From the NCBI RefSeq assembly GCF_964213995.1, contig NC_135823.1, positions 372,001 through 436,000 of the forward strand: DNA of 64,000 bases, read 5' to 3'. Position 1 is the stretch's first letter. Each line of letters starts with the position of its first letter. The notes under the pieces were generated by a model. That model did no database searches. It worked only from the letters and a program-made list of their open reading frames with translations, and was not told where the DNA came from. Positions 1 through 12,164 of the stretch are shown here, in pieces. A program made the translations under genes and the position numbers. Origin of the DNA: Mustelus asterias. Taxonomy: Eukaryota.

Positions 1-1580
1 CTATCAAATCTCCCCACAATCTTCTACGCTCCAGGGAATAAAGTCCCAACCTATTCAATCTCTCCCTGTAACTCAGCTTCTCAAGTCCCGGCAACATCCT
101 TGTGAACTTTCTCTGCACTATTTCAATCTTATTTACATCCTTCCTGTAATTAGGTGACCAAAACTGTCCACAATACTCCAAATTCGGCCTTATATAACCT
201 TACCATAACACTCCAACTTTTATACTCGATACTCCGATTGATAAAGGCCAATGTACCAAAGGCACTCGTTACGATCCTATCCACCTGTGACGTCACTTTT
301 AGGGAATTCTGTACCTGTATTCCCAGATCCCTCTGTTCAACTGCACTCTTCAGAGTCCTACCATTTACGCTGTACGTTCTTCTTTTGTTTGTCCTTCCAA
401 AGTGCAATATCTCACCCTTGTCTGCGTTAAATTCCATTTGCCACTTTTCAGCCCATTTTTCTAGTTGGTCCAAATCCCTCTGCAAGCTTTGAAAACCTTC
501 CTCACTGTCCACTACACCTCCAATCTTTGTATCATCAGCAAACTTGCTGATCCAATTGACCACAGTATCATCCAGATCATTGACATAGATGACAAACAAC
601 AATGGACCCAACACCGATCCCTGCGGCACACCACTAGTCACAGGCCTCCACTCAGAGAAGCAATCCTTCACAACCACTCTCTGGCTTCTTCCATTGAGCC
701 AGTGTCTTATCCAATTTACTACCTCCCCATGTATACCTAGCGACTGAACCTTCCGAACTAACCTCCCATGAGGGACCTTGTCAAAGGCCTTGCTGAAATC
801 CAGGTAGACAACATCCACTGCCTTCCCTTCATCCACTTTCCTGGTAACCTCCTCAATAAACTCTAATAGATTGGTCAAACATGACCTACCACGCACAAAG
901 CCATGTTGACTTTCCCTAATAAGTCCCTGTCTATCCAAATATTTGTAGATCCTATCCCTTATCACACCTTCCAATAACCTGCCCACCACCGACGTCAAAC
1001 TTACTGGCCGATAATTTCCCGGATTTCTTTTGGAACCTTTTTTAAACAACGGAACAATTTGAGCCACCCTCCAATCATCCGGCACCTCCCCCGTGAATAC
1101 TGACATTTTAAATATGTCTGCCAGGGCCCCTGCAAGTTCAACACTAGCTTCCCTCAAAGTCCGTGGGAATACCCTGTCCGGTCCTGGGGATTTATCCACT
1201 CTGATTTGCCTCAAGACAGCGAGCACCTCCTCCCCTTTAATCTGTAAATGTTCCATGGCCTCCCTACCAGTTTGCCGTATTTCCGTAGACTCCATGCCCG
1301 TTTCCTCAGTAAATACGGATGCAAAAAAACCATTTAGTATCTCCCCCATCTCTTTTGGTTCCATACACAGTCAACCACTCTGGTCTTCAAGAGGACCAAT
1401 TTTATCCCTCACTATCCTTTTGCTCCTAACATACCTATAGAAGCTCTTTGGATTTTCCTTCACTCTGTCTGCCAAAGCAACCTCATGTCTTCTTTTAGCC
1501 CTCCTGATTTCCCTCTTAAGTAGCTTCTTGCACTTTTTATACTCCTCGAGCATCTGATGTGTTCCTTGCTGCCTGTACAT
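1..1580 (-). mobile_element. CR1 LINE ORF2 (reverse transcriptase) fragment
   Basis: ORFs 150-1364 and 1371-1580 contain [26 protein letters not shown] and FADDTK. Confidence 0.95.
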
Positions 1581-2956
1581 TGGATTGTTATTTCTGTTAT
1601 TTCCGTTATTAACAGAATTTTAATTCCACATTTTCCGAATTCGAATTCCACATTTTCCGAATTCTATTCCATATCCCAAACGGATTTGCCTGGACATGTC
1701 GACTGATATTACCACCGTTGCACTGTGCCCCTGTTTCACAAGTCAAGTGGTCTACTTCTCTTACACGATATTTTAATTTAAAAATTAATGGCATGGTTTT
1801 TCATTTGAAGTATTTCATGGCCAATATTCATCCCAGATTGCCTATGATCCACATGCCATTTTCATGTGTTATGCATTACGAATGAACTGATATGATACTG
1901 ATTTGACACCTATATATATGATTTCATCTATTTCCCAGGTTCAGTGGTGGTGCACAACCATACACTTAAAGCATTTTTCTGCATTGGACAAAGGTCGACA
2001 GGAAGACAAGAAGGAGGCTAGAAATCAAGTGGATTATCTCAGATTTCCAAACGGGTCCACTCAGTCAGAGACAGGAACTAAACTGTCAATCTAAATATCG
2101 AAGACTCTCAACAAACAACTAAACTATGTTAAGATAATGGGTTTCCATTAGTAATATCGAAAATAACAATTTTAGAAAGAAATGATTGATTTCAAAGTGT
2201 TTGGAACTTTCCACAGACGAGTGAGTTTGAGAATCCCTGGGACGTTACTTCCCACATAAACACTGGATGGCTTGTGGTAATATTACTGAATTTATTTTAT
2301 AGATTAAGTGGCTATAGGGACTGCACCCTCAAGGTATGTTTACTCATGAGTCGAACCAGGTAAGAGTCTTTGCTGGAAAATGTTCTGTGAGATTAATGTT
2401 AATGGTGTAATGTAATCTTCTGTGTCTTTTTTTTGTGTAACTTTTAATAAATGCATAACTTCAATATTTAAAAGCATCAAAGGTGTTGTGACATTTCTGG
2501 CACCTGATCTCGTACACACACCTTCTTGCAGAAAGGAGCAAGTAAAAGATGGGTGGAATTATGTGATTTTTCATTGTCACATGCATTGGGATACAGTGAA
2601 AAGTATTGTTTCTTGCGCGCCATACCGACAAAAAATACCGTTCATAGAGTACATAGAGAGAAGGAAAAGAGAGGGTGCAGAATGTACTATAATATAATCT
2701 AATAGAATAGAATACAGGGCAGGTGTGACCTCTACACAAAAATACGTGTGGCACTTGAATCCCAGGGGGACCGTTATCCTGGCGGGAAGGTTGGCTGAGG
2801 CTACTGGGGAGAGTTTAAACTAGATAGGTTGGGGAGAGGGGATCGAGACGAGGTGACTGGGAGCGAGGAAGTTAGATTGCAATCAGAGAAGGGTTATGGA
2901 CTCTTGTGTCTGTGTGTGAGCTTGCATGCATGTATGAGTACCTTTGCGTGCGCATG

Positions 2957-3126
2957 GTAACAAGTGTCACATCACCAGGTTAAAGTCCAACAGGTTTATT
3001 TGGAATCACGAGCTTTCGGAGCGCTGCTCCTTCATCAGGTGAGGTGGACTTGTTGGACTTTAACCTGCTGTTGTGAGATTTCTTATTGTGCCCACCCCAG
3101 TCCAATGCCAGCATTTCGACATCATG
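2957..3126. mobile_element. Minimal inverted-pLTR Penelope derivative
   Basis: CCAGGTTAAAGTCCAACA ... TGTTGGACTTTAACCTG inverted ends, with a hammerhead-like core at 3009-3039 (-). Confidence 0.7.
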
Positions 3127-3129
3127 GCT

Positions 3130-3472
3130 ACCTATGTGTGTGTACTTGTGTGTATTAGAGCACGTGAGTGAGCCAGTGTGTGTCTGTGCATGTGTGTGTG
3201 TGTCCGCATGTGTTTGTGCGTGTGTCTTTGCCCGTTCGTGTCTGTGTAGATATGTGCATGTCTGTAAGTGGCTGTGTGTGTGTCTGTGTTTATGAACTGG
3301 TGTTTCTGTGTGTGTGAGTGTGATTGAATCTGTGTTTCTGTGTACGTGTGTCTGTGTATGTATTTAAGTCTGTGTGTATGACTGTGTGTTTCTGTTCTTT
3401 TGTGTCTGTGTATGCGCCGTTATTTCTGTGTATGTTTGTTTGTGCATGTGTTTATGTGCAGATGCCGGCATG

Positions 3473-3508
<36 letters not shown>

Positions 3509-3525
3509 TGAGAGTGGGTGTGTGT
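3130..3525. repeat. Degenerate (TG)n microsatellite
   Basis: Direct inspection. Confidence 0.9.
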
Positions 3526-3656
3526 TCTCCTGCGAGGTGTGATTGATAATATTGTGCAGAAACATATTTCACCCTGTTTTCCCCAGATATTGGCAATTCC
3601 AACACTTAATTCAGGTGTCATGTACCCCCGGTGTGTTTATTGTGCACTGTGGTTTC

Positions 3657-4582
3657 GAATCATAGAATCCATACAGTGCAGAAAGAGGCCATTCGGCCTA
3701 TCGAGTTTGCACCGATCACAATCCCACAGAGGCACTATCCCCATAACCCCACTTATTTACTCGGCTAACCCCCCTGACACTGGGGGAGAACTTAGCATGG
3801 CCAATCAACCTAACCACACGTCTTTGCACTGTGGGCGGAAACCGGAGCACCCGAAGGAAACCCACGCAGGCACAGAGAGATCATGCAAACTCCACACAGA
3901 TAGTGACCCAAGCCAGGAATCGAACCTGGGCCCCTGGCGCTGTGAGGCAGCAGTGCTAACCACTGTGCCGTTTCATCAGTCATTTGGGGCGGCACGGTAG
4001 CACAGTGGTTAGCACTGCTGCAGGTTTAAGGTGCTGGGGGGTAGGTACAGCGGAGATGTCAGGGGTAAGTTTTTCACTCAGAGGGTGGTGGGTGAGTGGA
4101 ATCGGCTGACGTCGGTGGTGGTGGAGGCAAACTCGTTGGGGTCTTTTAAGAGACTTCTGGATGAGTACATGGGATTTAATGGGATTGAGGGCTATAGATA
4201 GGCCTAGAGGTGGGGATGTGATCGGCGCAACTTGTGGGCCGAAGGGCCTGTTTGTGCTGTGGCTTTCTATGTTCTATGTTCACAGCTCCAGGGACCTGGG
4301 TTCGATTCCCGGCTTGGGTCACTGTCTGTGTGGAGTTTGCACATTCTCCTCCTGTGTGCGTGGTTTTTCTCCGGGTGCTCCGGTTTCCTCTCACAGTCCA
4401 AAGATGTGCGGGTTAGGTTGATTGGCTATGCTAAAATTGCCCCTTAGTGTCCTGGGATGCGTAGATTAGAGGGACTGACGGGTAAAATATGCAGAGATAT
4501 GGGGGTAGGGCCTGGGTGGGATTATGGTCGGTGCAGATTCGATGGGCCGAATGGCCTCTTTCTGTACTGTAGGGTTTCTATG
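3657..4582. mobile_element. Head-to-head pair of HE1/V-SINE-type SINEs, the second split by a CR1 3' fragment (4021-4278)
   Basis: tRNA-like head GGCGGCACGGTAGCACAGTGGTTAGCACTGCTG...GGTTCGATTCC with V-SINE core and CR1-like tail. Confidence 0.88.
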
Positions 4583-4905
4583 AATTCTGAAAGGGAAACT
4601 TTCCCTGACAATTCTGTGAAAGATTTTATTGAAGGTTCTAACTGGCAGGGTAAATAGTTGGCGGGAGTGGAGGCAGTGCATTTTGCGTCCAACTCAGTCC
4701 CTCTCTCTGCATCATTGTAACCTGATCAAGCAGCACACAATGGAGATCTTCACTTCTGGTCCAGCAGATTTCATTTTGACACCTTTCCAGCTTTCATTCA
4801 AAGGGGAATGAAAACTGGAATGGTGTCAAAATGAAATCTATGCAATAGAAAGTTTTAATTTCATAGTTATTTCTAGGACAAATAATTGCATGGAAAACAT
4901 TAAGT

Positions 4906-7157
4906 TATAGAGTCATAGAGGTTTACAGCATGGAAACAGGCCCTTCGGCCCAACTTGTCCATGCCGCCCTTTTTTCAAAAACCCCTAAGCGAGTACCAAT
5001 TGCCCGCATTTGGCCCATATCCCTGTCTACCCATCATACACATGTAACTATCTAAATGCTTTTTAAAAGACAAAATTTTACCCGCCTCTACTACTACCTC
5101 TGGCAGCTTGTTCCAGACACTCACCGCTCTCTGTGTGAAAAAATTGCCCCTCTGGACACTTTTCTATCTCTCCCCTCTCACCTTAAACCCATGCCCTCTA
5201 GTTTTAGAATCCCCTACCTTTGGGAAAAGATATTGAGTATCTAACTGATCTGTGCCCCTCATCATTTTATAGATCTCTATAAGATCACCCCTCAGCCTCC
5301 TACGCTTCAGAGAAAAATGTCCCAGTCTATCCAGCCTCTCCTCATAACTCAATCCATCAAGTCCCGGTCGCATCCTAGTAAATCTTTTCTGCACTCTTTC
5401 TAGTTTAATAATATCCTTTCTATAATAGGGTGACCAGAATTTCATACAGCATTCCAAGTGTGGCCTTACCAATGTCTTGTACAATTTCAACAAGACTTTC
5501 CAACTCCTGTATTCAATGTTCTGACCGATGAAACCAAGCATGCCAAATGCCTTCTTCACCACTCTGTCCACCTGTGACTCCACTTTCAAGGAGCTATGAA
5601 CATGTACCCCTCGATCTCTTTGTTCTGTAACTCTCTGCAACGCCCTACCATTTACTGAATAAGTCCTGCTCTGGTTCAATCTACCAAACTGCATCACCAC
5701 GCATTTGTCTAAATTAAACTCCATCTGCCATTCGTCAGCCCACTGGCCAATTGACAAAAACTCGTTGCAATTGGAGATAACTTTCTTCACTTTCCATTAT
5801 GCCACCAATTTAGGTGTCATCTGCAAACTTACTAACCATGCCTCCTATATTCTCATCCAAATCATTAATATAAATGACAAATAACAGTGGACCCAGCACT
5901 GATCCCTGAGGCACACCTCTGGTCACAGGCCTCCAGTTTGAAAAACAACGCTCTACAATCACACTCTGGCTTTTGTCCAGAAGCCAATTTTGTATCCATA
6001 TAGTTACCTCACCCTGGATCCCGTGAGATTTAACCTTATGCAACAACCTACCATGCGGTACCTTGTCAAAGCCCTTGCTAAAGTCCATGTAGACAACATC
6101 AACTGCGCTGCCCTCATCTACCTTCTTGGTTACCCCTTCAAAAGACTCAATCAAATTTATGAGACATGATTTTCCACTCACAAAGCCATGCTGACTGTTT
6201 CTCATCAGTCCTTGCATCTCTAAATGCCTGTCGATCCTGTCTCTCTAAATACCTTCCAACAACTTACCCACCACAGATGTGAGGCTCACTGGCCTGTAGT
6301 TCCCAGGCTTTTCTTTGCAGCCCTTTTTAAACAAAGGCACAACATTTGCCACTCTCCAATTTTCAGGCACCTCACCCGTGACTATCGATGATTTAAATAT
6401 CTCGGCGAGGGGACCCGCAATTTCCTCCCTTGCCTCCCACAATGTCCTGGGATACACTTCATCAGGTCCTGGGGACTTCTCTACCAAGATGCGCTTTAAG
6501 ACTTCCAGCACCTCCTTCTCTGTAATATGTACACTCCTCAAGACATCACTATTTATTTCCCCAAGTTCCCTAAAATCCATGCTTTTCTCAACAGTAAATA
6601 CTGATGAGAAATATTCATTTAGGATCTCACCCATCTCTTGTGGATCCGCACATAGATGACCTTGTTGATCCTTAAGAGGCCCGACTCTCTCCCTTGTTAC
6701 TCTTTTGCCCTTTATGTATTTGTAGAAGCTCTTTGGATTCTCCTTTGCCTTATCTGCCAAAACAATCTCGTGTCCCTTTCTGCCCTCCTGATTTCTCTCT
6801 TAACTCTACTCCTACACCCCCTATACTCTTCAAGGGATTCACTTGGTCCCAGCTGCCTATGCATGTCATGCGCCTCTTTCTTCTTCTTGACCAGGGCTTC
6901 AATATCCCAAGTCATCCAGGGTTCCCTACTTCTGCCAGCCTTGCCCTTCACGCTAACCCTGAACCCTGATTAACACACTTTTGAAAGCCTGCTACTTACC
7001 AGACGATCCTTTGCCTTCCCACAAACTCCCCCAATTAACTTTTGAAAGTTCCTGCCTGATCCCATCAAAATTGGCCTTGCCCCAATTTAGAATTTTAACT
7101 TTTGGGCTGGACCTATCATTCACCATAGTTATCTTAAAACTAATAGAATTATGGTCA
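4906..7157 (-). mobile_element. CR1 LINE, 5'-truncated, with 3' UTR
   Basis: Fragmented RT ORFs from 5164 to 6951, and a CR1 3' end with short repeat tail near 4906. Confidence 0.93.
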
Positions 7158-7217
7158 TTTAAAGTTTATTTATTTATTAGTCTATTCATCTATTAGGCTT
7201 ACATTCACACTGTATTA

Positions 7218-8130
7218 TAGAATCATAGAATCCTACAGTGCAGAAAGAGGCCATTCGGCCCATCGAATCTGCACCAACCACAATCCCACCCAGGCCCTAT
7301 CCACATGTCCCTACATATTTACCCACTAACCCCTCTAACCTATGTATCCCGGGACACTAAGGGGCAATTTCGAATGGCCAATCAACCTCGCCCGCACATC
7401 TTTGGACTGTGGGAGGAAACCGGAGCACCCGGAGGAAACCCACGCAGACACAGGGGGAATGTGCAAACTCCACACAGACAGCGACCCGTGCCGGGAATCG
7501 AACCCGGGTCCCTGGAGCTGTGACACAGCAGTGCGAACCACTGTATTGACGTCACTGTGAAAATCCTCTAGTCGCCACACTCCTGCGCCTGTTCCGGTAA
7601 ACTGAAGGAGACTTTTAGCATGGCCAATGCATCGAACCTGCACATCTTTGGACTGTGGGAGGAAACTGGAACACCCAGAAGAAAACCATGCAGACACGGG
7701 GAGAATGTGCAAGCTCCACACAGACAGTGACCCGAGGCAGAATCGAACCTGAGTCCCCAGCGCTGTGAGGCAGCAGTGCTAACCACTATGCCACCGTGCT
7801 GTTCCCAATTGTGAAGCAATTATCTTGGAAGCATTTTTAAAAATAATTAAAAATCAAGCAAAAAATCGACCGTGTAGGATTAAACATTGAGAATGTCTGG
7901 GGTGACATGGTAGTGCAGTAGTTAGCACTGCTGCTTCACGGCACCAGGAACCTGGGTTCGATTCCTGGCTTGGGTCACTGTCTGTGTGGAGTCTGCACAT
8001 TCTCCCCGTGTCTGCATGGTTTTCTTCTGGGTGTTCTGGTTTCCTCCCACAGTCCAAAGATGTGCAGGTTAGGTGCATAGACCCGGACTGTGGCGATTAG
8101 GGGAATTTCACAGTAACTTCACTGCAGTGT
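7218..8130. mobile_element. Cluster of three HE1-type SINEs
   Basis: Repeated core GGGAGGAAACCGGAGCACCCGGAGGAAACCCACGCAGACAC and its reverse complement. Confidence 0.85.
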
Positions 8131-8140
8131 TCTTGTCAGC

Positions 8141-8362
8141 CTCACACCACCAGGTTAAAGTCCATCGTGAGCTTTCGGAGCGCTGCTCCTTCATCAGGTG
8201 AATGGAGAGGTAGGTTCACAAACACGGCATATATCGGCAAATACGCAATTGTAGGTTTGTGAACCTATCTCTCCACTCACCAGGTGAAGGAGCAGCACTC
8301 CGAAAGTTCGCGATTCCAAATAAACTTGTTGGACTTTAACCTGGTGTTGTGAGATTTCTTAC
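8141..8362. mobile_element. Short inverted-pLTR Penelope derivative
   Basis: Two oppositely oriented pLTR ends; hammerhead-like cores at 8169-8197 (-) and 8280-8310 (+, degenerate). Confidence 0.75.
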
Positions 8363-8699
8363 TATAATCAACAATCTCAAACTGCAGATAAAATCTCCAA
8401 TGGGGAATGAGCAACAGAGTTCACGTTCAGTGTCTGGTGATAAAAGGGCGAATGCGCCACCCGAGATCCTGATGGAAACGTCAATCCCTTTTGCAATATT
8501 ATTCAGTAATCACCTGACATCCATCAGTTCCCAGACGGGGTCATCGGGCGAGTAAGCAGCGCATGCAGTAGCCGTCCGCTGCCACCAGATGGCGGCAATG
8601 CACAACTTTATTCACAAGACCGTGAACAGAGCGGCTTTGACAACTTTCAAACTTATTCCTTCACACAGAGAAAACAGAGAAAGCTCTAACAAAATCTCA

Positions 8700-9125
8700 G
8701 ACACACATACACACACACAGACACGCACACACAGACACACACAGACACATATACACAGGCAAACACACACATACACTCAGCCACGACACAGCCAGAATCT
8801 CTCTCTCTCACACGCATTCTCTCTCTCTCTCTCTCATATACGCACAGCCAGAATCTGTCTCTCTCAACCGCACAAACGCTCTTTCTTTCTCTCGCTCTCT
8901 CTCACACACACAGATCCAGAATCGCTCTCTCTCTCACACACACAAAATCTCTCTCAAACACACAAACATCTTTCTCTCGCATACAGACACACACAGCCAG
9001 AAGCTCTCCCCCGCCCACCCCCCTCCCACACTGACACACAACCAGAATCTCTCTCTCTCTCGCTCACACACAGACTTTCTCCCTCTCACACATCCACTAT
9101 TCACACATCCACCATTCACACATCA
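8700..9125. repeat. Compound (CA)n/(CT)n repeat
   Basis: Direct inspection; recurring CCAGAATC motif. Confidence 0.85.
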
Positions 9126-9239
9126 CCTGGATCCACTACAGTTCGCCTATCGCCGCAACAGCTCCACAGCAGATGCCATCTCCCCGGCCCTGTACTCAAC
9201 CCTGGAAAAGCTGGATAACAAAGCCACCTCTGTCAGGCT

Positions 9240-10355
9240 CCTATTAACCGACTACAGCTCAGCCTTCATCGCCCCTTATTCCGACTAAACTCATCTCCAA
9301 ACTCCATGTCCTGGGCCGCGGCTCCTCCCTCTGCAATTGGATCCTGAACTTCGTAACCCTCAGACCGAAATCAGTAAGGATAGGCAACAACACCTCCTCC
9401 ACGATCATCCTCAACACCAGTGTCCCACAAAGCTCTGTCCTCAACCCCTTACTATACTCCTTATACACCGATGACTGTGTGGCCAAATTCCCCTCCAACT
9501 CGATTTTCAAGATTGCTGATGACACCGGCGTCGTGGGTCGGATTTCAAACAATGATGAGACGGAGAACGGGAATGAGAGAGAGAATCTGGTGAACTGGTG
9601 CCGCAGCAATAATCTTTCCCTCAATGTCAACAAAACGAAGGAGATAGTGATCGACTTCAGGAAGCGCAGTGGAGGATGCGCCCTGTCTACATCAATGGGG
9701 ACAGAGTCGAAATGGTCAAGAATCATAGAGGTTTACAGCATGGAAACAGGCCCTTCCGCCCAACTTGTCCATGCTGCCCTTTTTTAAAAACCCCGAAGCT
9801 AGTCCCAACTGCCTGCATTTGGCCCACATCCCTCTATGCCCATCTTACCCATGTAACTGTCTGAACGCTTTTATAAAGACAAAATTGTACCCGCCTCAAC
9901 TACTACCTCTGGCAGCTCGTTCCAGACACTCACCAACCTCTGTGCGAAAAATTGCCCCTCTGAACCCTTTTGTGTCTCTCCCCTCTCATCTTAAATATAT
10001 GAGCAACAAGTTTTGAGGTATCCCGATTCTGTCTACAATTCCCGCTGCCTCGGAAAAGCAGCCAGCATAATCAAGGACCCCACACACATCGGACATTCTC
10101 TCTTCCACCTTCTTCCACATGGAAAAAAAGGTACAAAAGTCTGAGGTCAGCTTCTTCCCTGCTGCCGTCAGACGTTTGAATGGACCTACCTCGCACTAAT
10201 TTGATGTTTCTCTACACCCTAGCTATGACTGTAGCACTACATTGTGCATTCTCTTGTTTCCTTCTCTATGAACGGTATGCTTCATCTGTATTGCGCGCAA
10301 GAAACAATACTTTTCCCTGTATCCCAATACAGGTGACAATAATAAATCAAATCAA
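9240..10355 (+). mobile_element. Rex1/Babar-clade LINE fragment with nested CR1 3' end (about 9720-10000)
   Basis: ORF 9479-9787 reads KIADDT...[24 protein letters not shown]; (ATCAA)n tail near 10345. Confidence 0.85.
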
Positions 10356-10871
10356 CACACAGACACACAGTCAGAATCGCTCTCTGACACACAGACACGC
10401 CAGAATATTTCTCACTTTTTCTCTCTCTCTCACACGCACATGCACACACACACAAACACACAAACCGTTACCAATCTACACTCTGCTGNNNNNNNNNNNN
10501 NNNNNNNNNNNNNNNNNNNNNNNNNNNNNNNNNNNNNNNNNNNNNNNNNNNNNNNNNNNNNNNNNNNNNNNNNNNNNNNNNNNNNNNNNNNNNNNNNNNN
10601 NNNNNNNNNNNNNNNNNNNNNNNNNNNNNACCCTCTGCTGGATAATGTCAGAATTACACACCCACCCCCCACCCCCTACCGCCCCCCCGCCCCACCACAC
10701 ACACAGATAGCCAGAATTTCTCTCTCTCACACACACAGACATAACCTTTGTCATTCTCTCTCTCTCTCGCTCTCACACACACACACACACACGCGCACGC
10801 ACACTTTTATCAATCTACCCTTTGCTGGATAATGTCAGAATCACACACCCACGCAGACACAGACAGCCAGA

Positions 10872-10937
<66 letters not shown>

Positions 10938-10996
10938 CACACATACAAGCACACACACACCTTTACCAATCCACCCTCTGCTGGGTAATGTCAGAG

Positions 10997-11040
<44 letters not shown>

Positions 11041-11180
11041 ACTGCCAGAATTTCTCTCTCTCTCTCTCTCGCATACACACACACACCTTCATCACTCTTC
11101 CCATTCCTGGATAATGCCAGAAACAGACGTATACACATTTACAGATCCATACTCTCTGCTGGGTACTCTCAGAATTTTAT
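10355..11180. repeat. Compound minisatellite with microsatellite spacers
   Basis: TGCTGGATAATGTCAGAAT-like motif repeated about 5 times, separated by (CA)n/(CT)n. Confidence 0.85.
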
Positions 11181-12164
11181 TGGACGCGATATTACCGGAA
11201 ACAACTTGGCTTAAGATTGTTTAGTTGTTTGTTCACTGTATCACAGGCGGTACATTGAATGTAAGATTTCCATCTCCGTTAGCAGTGGTTCCATTCTTAT
11301 AGAATCCATTTCTGATCCGCCTCTCTCTTATTTGCGGCGTTTTCAATACAGCAACATTCACTCCTCGGTAAAGAGTCCGGTGCTGCAACCCCGCCCTAAA
11401 CCTGTAAGACATTTTATCTGAGGGAAATATATAGATATGCAACTTAGATTCGTATCAGTTTATTTATTCTGCATCAAACACGAATCTGGTTTCACTGGGG
11501 ATATGTATTAATTAAGAAAATAATTAAAGTAGAAGTAAATAAGATTATTTTTCAAATCAAAATATCCAGGCAGAAAACGAGACTATTTGGCTGTTAGACA
11601 GGACCAATCAATCCAAGTAGACAGTTCTTCTGTATACCTGCCAGTTTCTGAGGTCCCATATTGAAGGGGAACTGTTCACAATTTCTCACTCAGTTCATGA
11701 CTTCAAAAAAATGGAAACCGGTTTTCTGGTTCCCCTAGCGGCGAGAGAAGAACTTGTTCTGCATGGGACATTACTGAAAAAAAAACTTCTTGCGGGTGAG
11801 AAGGGTCAAGATCCCTTCTTATTGTTTTGAATAACAGCGTCTCCTAATGGCGCGCCCACACACACACACACACTCATACACTTACAGACTCACATGCACA
11901 TTCATACAAACACATATTCATGCATTTAACCATACACACGCTCTCTTACACTGACACGCACTTACAAACACACACTCACATTCATACACTTACAGACTCA
12001 CATACACACACACACACACACACATATTCATATAATTAAAAATTCGCACACTCATACACTGACACACACACACACACGTACACTCATACTCATACACTTT
12101 CACATACACACACGCTCATCCACTGACACACACTTATACACATTTGCACACACACTCATACACA

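Larger units (their letters stand above)
3540..11367 (+). pseudogene. Possible dispersed VJ-C1-TM relic
   Basis: 3630-3652 is GVYYCALW minus one nt. 8419-8549 gives VH(W)SVSG...RDPDGN...T(W>G)SSG, resembling pseudogene B C1. The phase 1-2 exon 11247-11367 is TM-like (FLIRLSLICGVFNTATFT) with an internal TAG. Confidence 0.3.

Noticed and set aside
154-1440. Plus-strand ORFs over CR1 (and similar antisense ORFs elsewhere)
   Set aside because: Antisense shadows of CR1 ORF2.
1939-2094. AG-led open frame ending ...TGTKLSI* as a J-like exon
   Set aside because: Lacks FGxG, the Cys/Trp pattern and a donor; likely chance.
3986-4020. CACAGTG heptamers as RSS, and tRNA-like A/B boxes as tRNA genes
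   Set aside because: Both are part of the SINE head repeated throughout the window. No nonamer at 12/23 spacing and no complete cloverleaf were seen.
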